Source: Candidatus Cloacimonadota bacterium
Lineage (GTDB): Bacteria > Cloacimonadota > Cloacimonadia > G963667145
Direction of reading: 5' to 3'
Assembly (NCBI GenBank): GCA_963676615.1
Contig: OY781092.1
Coordinates: 256,001 to 320,000 of the forward strand
DNA: 64,000 nt
The translations under genes were made by a program, and so were the position numbers. Position 1 is the first letter of the stretch; every line of letters starts with the position of its first letter. The notes under the pieces are model-generated. The model searched no databases. It had not been told where the DNA came from and saw nothing but the letters and a program-made list of their open reading frames with translations. Shown here piece after piece: positions 20,134 to 30,055 of this stretch.

Positions 20134-21449
20134 GGCACTGTCCAAAAAAGTGTGTCTGCAGCAAAAAAAACTAGACACAAAAAAAGAATCTCCAATTTTT
20201 ATAAAAAAAAGAACAAAAAAGGAGATTCTTATGCGATTTAACGCAAGTCAACTACAAAAAATTTTAGACGAAAATGTCAATGATTATGGCGCGAATAAAT
20301 TGATCGAGTTCGTTTTTAACAGCCTTATGAAGCTGGAAAGACAGGCTTTTATGGCGGAAAACAAAAGCTCAAACAACAAAGGCAACGGCTATCGCAGCAG
20401 GTGTTTTTCATCTCTCAGCGGCAAAATTCAATTCAAAATTCCGCGCGACAGATTCGGTCAATTTTATCCATTTATCTTGGAAATTTTGAAAAAGCAGGAG
20501 CAAGAAGTACGAGAATTGGCGTTTCAGCTGTATGCTAAAGGCTTGTCTACCAGAGACATAGAGAATGTTTTCGCAAATGTTTTTGGCACGAATTACAAAA
20601 AATCGACCATCAGCAATATCAGCCAAGAATTCAAAGAATTGTTGACAAATTGGCGAAATAGGCCGCTAGAAAAAAACTATCCGATTATTATGATTGACGC
20701 CATACATTCCAAATTGAGGCGGCTCGACAGTGTTGAAACTGAGGCGTTTTGCGTGGTTATCGGCGTCCGAGAGGACAAAAGTCGGGACATTTTGGCGCTC
20801 GAAAATATCCCGACCGAGAGCGCTGCTGGCTGGGAATTCTTGTTTAATCGCCTAAAATCGCGAGGCTTGCAAACGACAAAATTGGTCGTGGCTGACGGCC
20901 TTGTTGGGCTGGAAAATGTGGTGAGCAAAGTTTTTAAAAATGCGAAATTTCAAAAGTGTGTAACTCACTTTAAAAGAAGTCTATTAGCTAAGGTCAGGAA
21001 TAGTGATAAAAGCGAAATTAGCGACGATTTGAAGGAAATTTTTTGCGTCGGACAAGAACGCTATACGAAAGAAATTGCTTTGAAAAATTTGGATAATTTT
21101 GCGAAAAAATGGGGAGATAAGTATCGATTTACCAAGAAGTTATTAAACAGAGACGATGTCGTTTATTATTTCACTTTTTTGGAGTTTGACCACAGAATTC
21201 AGCGGCTGATTTACACCACAAATTGGATCGAAAATTTGAATAAACAGTTTCGGAAAGTTTTGAAAATCAGGAACTCGATGCCCAGCGATGAGTCTGTGCT
21301 ACTGCTGCTGAGCAAGGTCGCGATGGACAAGGTCGATAAATATCTGAATTATCCGATTTATCAATTTAAATTTGACAAAATTTTGTTCCCAGAAAGTTAA
21401 GAAAATGGAAACCAAATTGGAGATTAGACACACTTTTTTGGACGGTGCC
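20134..21449 (+). mobile_element. IS256-family insertion sequence
   Basis: 24-bp terminal inverted repeats GGCACTGTCCAAAAAAGTGTGTCT (20134-20157) and 21426-21449 (23/24 match); AAAAAATT duplicated at 20126-20133 and 21452-21459. Confidence 0.95.
20231..21400 (+). CDS. IS256-family DDE transposase
   Basis: KGNGYRSR, IPRDRFG, LYAKGLSTRDI, IMIDA, VADGLVG, QKCVTH, YTTNWIENLN; ATG 20231 after GGAG. Confidence 0.95.
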   Translation: MRFNASQLQKILDENVNDYGANKLIEFVFNSLMKLERQAFMAENKSSNNKGNGYRSRCFSSLSGKIQFKIPRDRFGQFYPFILEILKKQEQEVRELAFQLYAKGLSTRDIENVFANVFGTNYKKSTISNISQEFKELLTNWRNRPLEKNYPIIMIDAIHSKLRRLDSVETEAFCVVIGVREDKSRDILALENIPTESAAGWEFLFNRLKSRGLQTTKLVVADGLVGLENVVSKVFKNAKFQKCVTHFKRSLLAKVRNSDKSEISDDLKEIFCVGQERYTKEIALKNLDNFAKKWGDKYRFTKKLLNRDDVVYYFTFLEFDHRIQRLIYTTNWIENLNKQFRKVLKIRNSMPSDESVLLLLSKVAMDKVDKYLNYPIYQFKFDKILFPES

Positions 21450-21451
21450 AT

Positions 21452-22487
21452 AAAAAATTTGAATAAGTGAGGCAAGGGCAGTTACAAGCAGTAGAATTTC
21501 AATTGATTTTTGATATTTTAAATTTGTCTTATCTCTGTTATCGCTAACATATTTGTCTAGAAGGGCTATTTTTTTTTCTAGTTTAAATATTTCTCCTTCG
21601 AGGTTAGAAGTTTTTATCATTTCGTTAAAAAAAATATTCCCTCTTGATGAGAGAGTTGAACTTATAATTGACCTTGCTTCAGCAAGAATTTTAGAAGAGT
21701 TCCAAAAAAGTTCGTCAATATTTCGAAATTGAATTCTATTTTCTATAACTTCATCAATGTATAAATTAGTTGAATAGCATTTGTTCCAAATTATTTGTAG
21801 CCTAGTTTCTAGAGCAATCAGCAAATTAAGCGTGGAAGAAAAATGTTTTTGGTCTACAATAGCAACTATGGTTGCCCAAGAAATATATGTGTTGGAGTAG
21901 CAAAATAAATCAATATCATTTAATTTTAGATTAGAAAAATCTATTAAATCAAAATCAATATCACTTGCTTGGTGATTTGAGCAGAGCATGTCGTCCAGAC
22001 CTAAAAGCGATGGCTCAAGTAATATTTTGATATTATTTTTGGATATTTTGTTGTTTTTTTTGAAAACATAAAAGCTAAATGCATAGTTTATTTTTGGCTT
22101 ATATGCAAACATTGTTTGCAATATTTTTTCTTTTATAAAGAAGAGAGGGCTATTTTCTTCAAAATTAATTATTGATTTATGGTATAATTTCCGTTTTTTT
22201 AGTTCATTTATTAAATCAATGTCATTCATTTTTTCTGAGTTAATTTCAGAAAGAACTGCGAAGCAAATGCTACTACCGTTGAGGGCTAAGTATATTTGAT
22301 AGTTTGAACTTGGCTTGATTTCATATATGGTCGTTTTGGAATCTAGGCATTCTTTGAATATTGCTTTGATATTTTTTTTAGGCTCGGTTAAAGAGAAATC
22401 TTTTTGAAAATTAGAGATAAATATGGAAGAAAATTTTTTGAATAGAAACTCTATTGGAATAAGTGAGACAATTGTGAAATTTGTCAT
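21452..22487 (-). pseudogene. IS-interrupted membrane protein (soluble domain, coiled coil, two C-terminal TM helices; CorA-like layout)
   Basis: The tracked ORF 21366..22487 reads into the IS end (GTVQKSVS is encoded by the inverted repeat); true 3' end lies at 20025..20133. Confidence 0.8.
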
Positions 22488-22966
22488 ACTATTTGTTTGC
22501 TCCCAATATACCGAGCAAGTGTTTTTAGTGCAAATTTGTGTGCCTCTTCTCCTGCGTGGCTAGCGCAAAAATTAGATAAAACTCTAGGCACTATTCCTGC
22601 TTCAAATAAATCTACAGCACATTTTGTCACGCAAATATCGGTATCAATGCCTACAATATCTATAGCTTTGATATTAAGACTGTCAATTTTTTTAAGAAAA
22701 TTTTTATTGACACAAGTATAGATGCTTTTACTGATAATAATTGCCTTCGGGCTAGGTGTAAAAGCTAGCTCAAAATCTTCAGAATTTATGCTAAATTTAT
22801 TCCATTCAAGCAAATTGCGGAAAAAAGAGTTTTCTTTATTAAAAAATTTTGTAATAAAAACAGTTTCGTATTCATTTTGGATTTTTTCAATTTTTTGAGG
22901 AATTTTTTTTGTACTATTGTTTATAAACCCTTTTTGTACATCAACTATTAGTAAACATTTTTTCAT
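22484..22966 (-). CDS. Isochorismatase/nicotinamidase-family cysteine hydrolase
   Basis: LLIVDVQKGF, K in SKSIY, GIDTDICV (Asp-Lys-Cys triad); overlaps the downstream gene by 4 nt. Confidence 0.88.
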   Translation of the reverse strand: MKKCLLIVDVQKGFINNSTKKIPQKIEKIQNEYETVFITKFFNKENSFFRNLLEWNKFSINSEDFELAFTPSPKAIIISKSIYTCVNKNFLKKIDSLNIKAIDIVGIDTDICVTKCAVDLFEAGIVPRVLSNFCASHAGEEAHKFALKTLARYIGSKQIV

Positions 22967-23143
22967 ATTGTCCCTCTTTCCTTTTTTTGTCGCTTTATTT
23001 CGCAACTTTGCAATTTTGTGTCAATTTGTTTTTGGGAAATCGTCGTCGTTGTCTAAAAAAACATTTAAAATTTGTATATCCCCTCATTTTCTTGACATTT
23101 TACCTCGCTTTCGCCGATTTTGCCCAAAGTGTTTATTATCCTC

Positions 23144-23355
23144 AAATTGGTGAGCCTCTTAACTAAAAAAATCAGAGGCTAAAAGGAAATCTTGTCAAAA
23201 GCAAGAGCGGACTTTGCCACCGTATGTAGCGCATCAGCTTACAAAAATTTCACTGCTTTTTTGTAAAAAGTGGGAAGAAAATTTGTCGAGTTTCGTTTTT
23301 TTCTTAACTGAAAAAGTCGAAAAAGCCAGCTACGAGCCGGGAAGCCTGCCAATTT
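23144..23355 (+). promoter_or_regulatory. Cobalamin (AdoCbl) riboswitch
   Basis: P1 AAATTGG/CCAATTT, AAAAGGAA, GCCACCGTA, CACTG..GGGAAG, B12 box GAGCCGGGAAGCCTGCC; upstream of a TonB-dependent receptor. Confidence 0.88.
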
Positions 23356-23456
23356 CGTTGTATCGTATCGCCTTGCAAAGACTCAAGGTCGATGGAAATT
23401 TCAGCGTGAGCTTTGTGTCCAGATTTGAGGATTTTTTTTGGAAAATCAGGAGAAAT

Positions 23457-25514
23457 TTGGAATTGAGAAGCGCAATCGCCTTTTTTTTGGGGTTTGTTAA
23501 TATTTCGCTGCTTTGCGGACTTTCGGGCAAAGTCGTTGATCAGAGCGGCGAGCCCGTAGTTTTCGCCAAAATCATCACGCAAAAAATCGTCACGCATTCC
23601 GACTCTTCGGGACTATTTTTTTGCGAGCAAAACGGCGGAACTGTATCGATTTTGCACCCTGATTATTTTCCGCAAACGCTCACTCTGCCGCAGTCTGAGC
23701 GACCAAAGCAAGAGGTGTCTTTTCCGCAAAAAAAATATCTGGTTGTTGTTTTGATTAAGAAAAAAAATACTCCGCCGCAAAAAAATCAAGAGGTTGTTGC
23801 CGTGAATGCGGGCGACGATTTGGGGCAGACGCTGAAGCGGCGGTTTTACTTGCGAGGTCACAATCTGGCGGGCGAGAGCCAAACACTTTCGCTCAGCGGG
23901 CAGAAGACGAAAAACAGCGTGATTCTCTGGGAAAATATTCCGCTGAATATGAGCGGGCAGCCGCTGGACATAGGCAATTTCGGCTCGCTTTTGTGTGATT
24001 CTGCCACGGCGCAAATTTTTGACCCAGCCAGCAGCGAAGCTATCGGCGGCGCGCTAAATTTACACCAAAATTTGAGCAATCGCAAAAGGGTCGTTTTTTT
24101 GCAAAATGTGGGCAGTTACGGCTTGAGCAGGTCGCTTTTGCAGCTCGACGGATTTACGCAAAATTACAACTACCGCTTTGGCTACAGCCGTTTGCAGGCG
24201 GACAACGACTATCGCTACACCGACCATTGGGGACAGAGCCGCACGCGCGATAACAATCGCAAAAAAATCGACAACTTGGTGTTTTCTTTGGACGCTCACA
24301 ATTTCAAATTTCGGCAGCTGAACATTTTTTTTGAGCGAGAGTTGCCGGGACCGACGAACGAGCGGGACTATTTCACCAATGCAAAATCGGCAGGCTATCG
24401 CAGCGTGTCGGCGCTGAATTATCGGCAAAGCTACGATTGGCTGGAGTTTAGCGGCGATTTCGGTTGTAACATTTTGCAAAATCGATACGACAATTCGGAC
24501 GCAAAATTGAGCGGGAGAGAGCAGCAAACCGACTACAATTTCAGGGCGATTTTTGCGAAAACGGAGCTGCGGACGAGCTGGCAAAATTTTACTTTTTCGT
24601 TGCCGTTTTCGTATAAGCGGGAAGATTTTTCGTGTCAGCAGGCGCAAAATCAGCAAAATGCGGCGCAGGATGTTGACGCAGCCGCCCAATTTTGTGCCTC
24701 TGGCGTGAGCGGAGCGTTTTTGCACCAGACAGCTTGGGGCAAGGCTTTTCCCAAGGCGAGTTTTGAGGTAAACGAAGCGGGCGATTTTTTGCCGAAAGCC
24801 AGCTTTTTGTGGGAGTTGCGGGCTTTTTCTGCGGGCGTTTCCTACCGAAAGACGCAGCTACCGCCGTCGTTTTACGACAAATTTTGGCAAGCGGGACAAA
24901 TTGCGCAGGGCAATCCCGATTTACTGCCCGAAAAAGGCGAAACTTACGCCTATTTTTTAGCGTGGCAGGGCGATATTTTTGAGAGTGAAATTTTTTATAG
25001 CAACACCAAAAGCGAAGATTTGATCAGCTGGCAGCGGACTTTTCAGGGTTGGAAGCCTTTCAATATTGGCGCATCTTCGACGCAATTTTTGTCTTTTAGT
25101 AGCAAGGTGAAAATTGGTGAAAATTTCGAGTTTGCGGGCAAAGTCAGTCGCACAATCGCCAAAGATCGCAGCGATTACGACGGCAAATTTATTCCCTATA
25201 TTCCTGTGGGGGCAATCAAGGCGACGCTCGGCTATCGGCGGCAGTTTTTTCAGCTGGATGTCGATTACAGCGCCATCGGGCGACAATACACCACGCGCGA
25301 TCAGGTGAACACAGCGGCTTATCTGGAGCCCTACGATTTTTGGGATGTGCGGATTGCCAGCGATTTTCGCAAGGGAAATTTTGCGTTTTCGCCGCAGGTA
25401 AAGCTCCTGAATATCTTGGACGAGCGCTATAGCACTTTCGCTTTCGACCCGCAGCCGGGCTTTCACTGGCAGGCTGGTTTGCAAATCGATTACGATTTTT
25501 GGGAAATGCAGTAA
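23457..25514 (+). CDS. TonB-dependent receptor, probable cobalamin transporter (BtuB-like)
   Basis: TTG start (23457 or 23463) after AGGAG; LSGKVVD N-domain, AIGGALNL plug end, GNPDLLPE, NILDERY...PG C-terminal motif; riboswitch context. Confidence 0.82.
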   Translation: MELRSAIAFFLGFVNISLLCGLSGKVVDQSGEPVVFAKIITQKIVTHSDSSGLFFCEQNGGTVSILHPDYFPQTLTLPQSERPKQEVSFPQKKYLVVVLIKKKNTPPQKNQEVVAVNAGDDLGQTLKRRFYLRGHNLAGESQTLSLSGQKTKNSVILWENIPLNMSGQPLDIGNFGSLLCDSATAQIFDPASSEAIGGALNLHQNLSNRKRVVFLQNVGSYGLSRSLLQLDGFTQNYNYRFGYSRLQADNDYRYTDHWGQSRTRDNNRKKIDNLVFSLDAHNFKFRQLNIFFERELPGPTNERDYFTNAKSAGYRSVSALNYRQSYDWLEFSGDFGCNILQNRYDNSDAKLSGREQQTDYNFRAIFAKTELRTSWQNFTFSLPFSYKREDFSCQQAQNQQNAAQDVDAAAQFCASGVSGAFLHQTAWGKAFPKASFEVNEAGDFLPKASFLWELRAFSAGVSYRKTQLPPSFYDKFWQAGQIAQGNPDLLPEKGETYAYFLAWQGDIFESEIFYSNTKSEDLISWQRTFQGWKPFNIGASSTQFLSFSSKVKIGENFEFAGKVSRTIAKDRSDYDGKFIPYIPVGAIKATLGYRRQFFQLDVDYSAIGRQYTTRDQVNTAAYLEPYDFWDVRIASDFRKGNFAFSPQVKLLNILDERYSTFAFDPQPGFHWQAGLQIDYDFWEMQ

Positions 25515-25542
25515 ATTTTATAAAAAAGAGGAGAGAAGGGAA

Positions 25543-26565
25543 ATGAAGTTGGTTAAGTGTTTGGTTTTACTGGTGATTATGTTGCTGGCGGTAACGGGTT
25601 GTGATGTTCTTGGATTGGACGACGACGCAGATGATGCGGCTCAGACTGTGGCGGACTCGACGCTGTTTGTGCTGAGTTCAGCGGGCAAATACATCTCGGC
25701 GTTCAATTATGTCCGCGGAGAGCTGATTAAAGAAAATTTTGTGGAGCTAAAAAGCGAAAGCGCTGCCGCAAATTTTTGCGTTTGGGAAGACAAAATTTTG
25801 GTGGCAGCCACGGCGTATGGCGCTTTGATGGTCTATGACGCCAAAAATGGCGCAAAAATCAGGGAGGTGAATTTGGGTGACGGCGTAAAACCCGCTTTCG
25901 TCACGGCGAAAAACGGCACGGCTTTTGTCACGGCGACACAAGGCGCAAAAAAGCTGCACCGCGTCGATTTGGGCGACTTTTCGGTAATCTCAGCTGCTGG
26001 CGGCGATTGTCTGCAGAACGCCTATTTTTGCGACGCCGACGGGTTGCTGTATGTCAGCGATATTGAAGATTTGAGTAATCCAGCTGGCAAAGTTTTGGCG
26101 TTTGATCCGCAGAGTTTGTCGCTTGTAAAAAGTTATCAGACAACTGTCAAAAATCCGCAAGCGATTATTTTTGACTCGGACAAAATTTTGGTGGCTTGCG
26201 TTGGTCAATCGTGGGGAACAGCGGTCAGCGGCGCAATCGAGCAAATCTCGGCTGCGGGCGTGAGTTCGACAGAGTGGTCTGGCAAATTTCCAAGCGTTTT
26301 TGTGGATTATCTGGGCAAAATTTACGCCAATGCGGGCTACGGAGTTGCGGGACTTTTCAACGCCCAAGATGTGGGGCAAAGTCTTGCCGCAGTCAATTAT
26401 TGCGTGGCGGCGGCGGACGTCAAAGGCGAATTTTTGGCAGCGACAGAAAGCAATTGGAGCTCCGACGACGGCAAAGCGCACCTTTATCTTTACAAAAACG
26501 GAGAAAAATTTGCCAGCTTCCAAGTGGGGGACAGTCCAAGTTGCGTGAATTTTTACAAAAAATAG
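25543..26565 (+). CDS. YncE-family beta-propeller lipoprotein (BtuG-like)
   Basis: Lipobox VTGC, repeated blade-like segments, ends VGDSP; follows the B12 receptor. Confidence 0.7.
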   Translation: MKLVKCLVLLVIMLLAVTGCDVLGLDDDADDAAQTVADSTLFVLSSAGKYISAFNYVRGELIKENFVELKSESAAANFCVWEDKILVAATAYGALMVYDAKNGAKIREVNLGDGVKPAFVTAKNGTAFVTATQGAKKLHRVDLGDFSVISAAGGDCLQNAYFCDADGLLYVSDIEDLSNPAGKVLAFDPQSLSLVKSYQTTVKNPQAIIFDSDKILVACVGQSWGTAVSGAIEQISAAGVSSTEWSGKFPSVFVDYLGKIYANAGYGVAGLFNAQDVGQSLAAVNYCVAAADVKGEFLAATESNWSSDDGKAHLYLYKNGEKFASFQVGDSPSCVNFYKK

Positions 26566-26631
26566 CCGAATAAACTTGCAAATTTGCGAACCTGCTGGGC
26601 GTTTGAGTTATAAATTTTGATTAGGAAAAAA

Positions 26632-28170
26632 ATGAAAATTTTGTTGAAAAATGGGACGATCGTCAATGGCGACGGCAAAACCCCAGCGTTTCGGGCAGAT
26701 TTGCTTGTTGATGGGCAACGGATAGCCAAAATCGGCGAGAATTTGCGGTGCGAGGGCGCTTTGCAGCTGGATTTGGCAGGCGACTATCTCACGCCTGGGT
26801 TCATCGACGCTCACTCGCATCTGGATTTGGCGTATTTTGTGCCAGACGGACTTGCGGGAAAGTTGCAGCAAGGCATCACCAGCGAGCTGACGGGGCAATG
26901 CGGTTTGGGCGTGCATCCGATGCCCAAAAATTTGCAGGCGAAATTTCGCAAAGGTTTGCTCATTGGCGATTTGCCGATTAAGTGGAATTGGGAAAGCTCT
27001 GCCGAATACCTGCAGGCGCTGCAAAACACGGGGCTTTCGATCAACAACGCACCCGCAATTTCGCACGGCGTGCTTCGCTATACGCAGCAGCAGGATAGCA
27101 ATTTGCCGCTCAGTGACCAGCAAATCGAAAAAATTTGTGAGCTGGCAGAGGCTGGATTTTGCCAAGGAATCAAGTTCCTGACATTCGGCTTCATCTACCT
27201 GCCAGCGCTGTATTACAGAAAAAACGAGGTGCTGGCGCTGCTGAAAGTGGCGGCTGCTCACGGGGCGATTGCGTGCGTGCATCTCAAAAGTGAGAGCGAC
27301 AAAATTTTGCAAGCTTTGTCGGAGATTGCGACTCTTGCAAGCCAGGCGGGTTGCCGCTTGCACATCTCGCACCTGAAAATTATCGGACGAGATCACGCCA
27401 AGTTTTTGCCCGAAATTTTTGCGCTTCTGGAAAAGTTCGATTTGACTTTCGATAACTACTTCTACAACAACGGCTGCACGCTTTTGGCGTCTTTGCTGCC
27501 GCCAGAATTTATGGACCCTTGCGGACTTGAGGCGACTTGTCAAAAATTGCACGATTCGCACTTTCGCCAAAAAATAAAAAACGCAATCGAGAAGAACGAG
27601 TCGGCTTTGCCTTGGGACAATCTCTACAAATTTTTGGGTGCGGAAAATATTTATATCGACTCGCTGGGGAAAAACACGAAGTTCATCGGCAAAAATCTTG
27701 CGGAATTGCAACTCGCTGACGACCCGCTGGAGAGTATGCTGCTGCTTTTGGCGCAGGAAAAAGGGCACATTTTGATGAAAGATTATTTTTGCTCGCTTAA
27801 GGTGACTCAGCAGATTTTGCAGCATCCTCGTGGCGTTTTTTCGACAGACTCGTTGCCGCTGAGCACGCACCCGCGCGGCTTTGTGACTTTTCCTCGCATT
27901 CTCAAAAAAGCGGTTTTTTCGCAAAAGCTACTTTCTCTGGAAGAGGCGATTTATAAAATGAGCGGCAAGACCGCAGAAATTTTTGGACTAGAAAAGCGAG
28001 GCAAAATAAAAGAGGGCTACTACGCCGATTTGGTCAGCTTCAGCCCGCAAATTGGTTATCATCAAAAGGAAGTAGAAAATCTGAATTTGGTGATTGTGAA
28101 CGGCGTTTTGGCAAAATCTTTTGGAAAAATGTTGCCGAATAAAAAAACTGGGAAAATTTTGTTGAAATAA
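26632..28170 (+). CDS. N-acyl-D-amino-acid deacylase-family amidohydrolase
   Basis: PGFIDAHSH, GQCG, HISHLK, STD, HPRGFVTFPR, RGKIKEGYYADLV. Confidence 0.85.
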   Translation: MKILLKNGTIVNGDGKTPAFRADLLVDGQRIAKIGENLRCEGALQLDLAGDYLTPGFIDAHSHLDLAYFVPDGLAGKLQQGITSELTGQCGLGVHPMPKNLQAKFRKGLLIGDLPIKWNWESSAEYLQALQNTGLSINNAPAISHGVLRYTQQQDSNLPLSDQQIEKICELAEAGFCQGIKFLTFGFIYLPALYYRKNEVLALLKVAAAHGAIACVHLKSESDKILQALSEIATLASQAGCRLHISHLKIIGRDHAKFLPEIFALLEKFDLTFDNYFYNNGCTLLASLLPPEFMDPCGLEATCQKLHDSHFRQKIKNAIEKNESALPWDNLYKFLGAENIYIDSLGKNTKFIGKNLAELQLADDPLESMLLLLAQEKGHILMKDYFCSLKVTQQILQHPRGVFSTDSLPLSTHPRGFVTFPRILKKAVFSQKLLSLEEAIYKMSGKTAEIFGLEKRGKIKEGYYADLVSFSPQIGYHQKEVENLNLVIVNGVLAKSFGKMLPNKKTGKILLK

Positions 28171-28184
28171 TAAAGGAGAAAAAA

Positions 28185-28409
28185 ATGGTAAGATTTGAAG
28201 TAGAGACTTTGGGCACAGTGGCTTCTGTGTTGGTGGCTCTTTCGTTGTCGATGAAGTCGATGTTGGCGTTGCGAATCGTCAATTTAATCGGGGCAATCGC
28301 TTTGGTCATCTATGGCTATTTGATTTCGTCTGGACCTGTGCTTTTCTTGAATTTTTATGTTGGCTGCATGGATGTCTATTACATTTACAGAATTGTTAAA
28401 AAATCTTGA
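28185..28409 (+). CDS. Small inner-membrane protein (YgjV-like)
   Basis: AAGGAG RBS; LG..ASVLVALSLSM...LRIVNLIG..YG.LI..PV..LN. Confidence 0.7.
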   Translation: MVRFEVETLGTVASVLVALSLSMKSMLALRIVNLIGAIALVIYGYLISSGPVLFLNFYVGCMDVYYIYRIVKKS

Positions 28410-28446
28410 CCGAATTTCGCCCTTTGGCGAGTGTAAATTGCAGAGT

Positions 28447-28524
28447 CGGGATGTAGCGCAGTCCGGATAGCGTACATGAATGGGGTTCATGTGGTCGCAG
28501 GTTCAAATCCTGTCATCCCGACCA
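28447..28524 (+). tRNA. tRNA-Pro(GGG)
   Basis: Cloverleaf, CATGA-ATGGGGT-TCATG, encoded CCA. Confidence 0.94.
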
Positions 28525-28541
28525 TTTTGATTTTGAATTTT

Positions 28542-28581
28542 AAGCATCCTAAGGAGTTAAAACTTTTTAGATGCTTTTTTT
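28542..28581 (+). terminator. Intrinsic terminator after tRNA-Pro
   Basis: AAGCATC...GATGCTTTTTT stem plus T run. Confidence 0.6.
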
Positions 28582-28657
28582 ATGTGAAAACGGGAAATTT
28601 CTAGATTATTTTTAGAAAATTTAGCCAAGAAAAATTTGGCGATTTTGGATAAAAAAA

Positions 28658-28732
28658 TGGCTCTGGAAGAGGGATTCGAACCCCCGACCTAGTGGTTAAC
28701 AGCCACCCGCTCTACCGCTGAGCTATTCCAGA
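28658..28732 (-). tRNA. tRNA-Asn(GTT)
   Basis: Reverse complement TCTGGAATAGCTCAGCGGTAGAGC...CT-GTT-AA...CCA. Confidence 0.95.
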
Positions 28733-28837
28733 ACAATCAGGAACATACAAAATTTTGCCGTTGCGGTGTCAAATAAAAAAAAATATTTTGTGAGAATTGC
28801 CGCTGTTTGCTTTGTTTTTAGCGTGTATTTTGAAGTT

Positions 28838-30055
28838 TTACTCATACCGCAGTGCGTCGATGGGGTTGAGGTTTGCGGCTTTGCGCGCGGGATAGTAGCC
28901 AAAAAACACGCCGATTGTGCCAGAGAAGAGGAACGATACCAGAACGACCAGCGGGTGGATGCTTGTGCTGAGCGATGTGAAATGGCTAAGGCATGCGCAG
29001 ATGAGCATCGCCAAAAAAATTCCCGCAAGTCCGCCGAAAAGGCTGAGCGTGATCGATTCGGCGAGGAATTGCAAAAGCACATCGCTACTTCGCGCGCCGA
29101 TAGACAGGCGGATGCCGATTTCGCGGGTGCGCTCGGTGACCGACACCAGCATAATGTTCATAATCCCGATGCCGCCGACAATCAGTGATACGCCAGCGAT
29201 CGCTCCCAGCAGCAGCGTCAAAGTTTTCGAGGTTTGCGACGCCATTTGCGTGATTTGCGACTGCGTTCGTATTTCAAAATCGTTGCGGTCGTTTTTGTTC
29301 AATCTGTGGGCGATTCGCATAATTTGCTCCGCCTCTGTCTGGGCGAGTTCCAGCGCCTGCTCGTTTGCGGCGCTGATGTAAATCATATTGATTCTGTCGC
29401 CGCCTTTGAGCCGACTCAAGACGGTGGTAATCGGCGCGAGCACGACATCGTCTTGGTCGTTGCCCATTGCCGTTTCGCCCTTGCTCGCCAGCACTCCAAT
29501 CACCGTCAGCGGCGTGTTGTTGATGCGAACTTTTTGCCCAATGGGGTCGTTATCCCCAAAAAGTTGCTCAGCCACGGTGCTGCCGAGAACGGCGACCTTT
29601 TTTTTGTAGTTGACATCTTTTTGAGTGAAAAAAGCGCCTTTGGCAAGCTCCCAATCTTTGATGCCCAAAAATTGCTCGGAAACCCCTTCAACGCTGGTGT
29701 TCCAGTTGCCAGAACCGCCGATAATCTGCCCGCTGGTTCGGGCGCTACCCGAAACATATTTGAACTTGCTGCCGAATTTTTGCAACGCTTGACAATCGCT
29801 AAGCTTCATCCTGTTATAGCTCCCGCGCCCTTGATTTGCGCCGCCTCTGTTGGTGCGTGCGGGAAAAACCATCAGCAGATTTGAGCCCAGCGAGTTGATT
29901 TGCTGCTCGATTTTTTTTTGCGAGCCTTGCCCGATGGCGACCATCACGATCACCGAGCAGACGCCGATTATGATGCCCAAAGAGGTCAAGGCGCTGCGCA
30001 TCTTGTTTTTGCAAATGCTCTGTAAGGAGATTTTGAAAATTTTCCGCAATTTCAT
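28838..30055 (-). CDS. MacB/FtsX-family ABC permease
   Basis: RSALTSLGIIIGV, GGIGIMNIMLVSVTERTREIGIR, PARKAANLNPIDALRYE. Confidence 0.93.
   Translation of the reverse strand: MKLRKIFKISLQSICKNKMRSALTSLGIIIGVCSVIVMVAIGQGSQKKIEQQINSLGSNLLMVFPARTNRGGANQGRGSYNRMKLSDCQALQKFGSKFKYVSGSARTSGQIIGGSGNWNTSVEGVSEQFLGIKDWELAKGAFFTQKDVNYKKKVAVLGSTVAEQLFGDNDPIGQKVRINNTPLTVIGVLASKGETAMGNDQDDVVLAPITTVLSRLKGGDRINMIYISAANEQALELAQTEAEQIMRIAHRLNKNDRNDFEIRTQSQITQMASQTSKTLTLLLGAIAGVSLIVGGIGIMNIMLVSVTERTREIGIRLSIGARSSDVLLQFLAESITLSLFGGLAGIFLAMLICACLSHFTSLSTSIHPLVVLVSFLFSGTIGVFFGYYPARKAANLNPIDALRYE

Noticed and set aside
20111..20230. N-terminal extension of the transposase
   Set aside because: It starts outside the left inverted repeat; the RBS-supported ATG is at 20231.
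23214..23456. N-terminal extension of the TonB receptor in the ORF track
   Set aside because: It overlaps the riboswitch; the RBS and signal peptide start near 23457.
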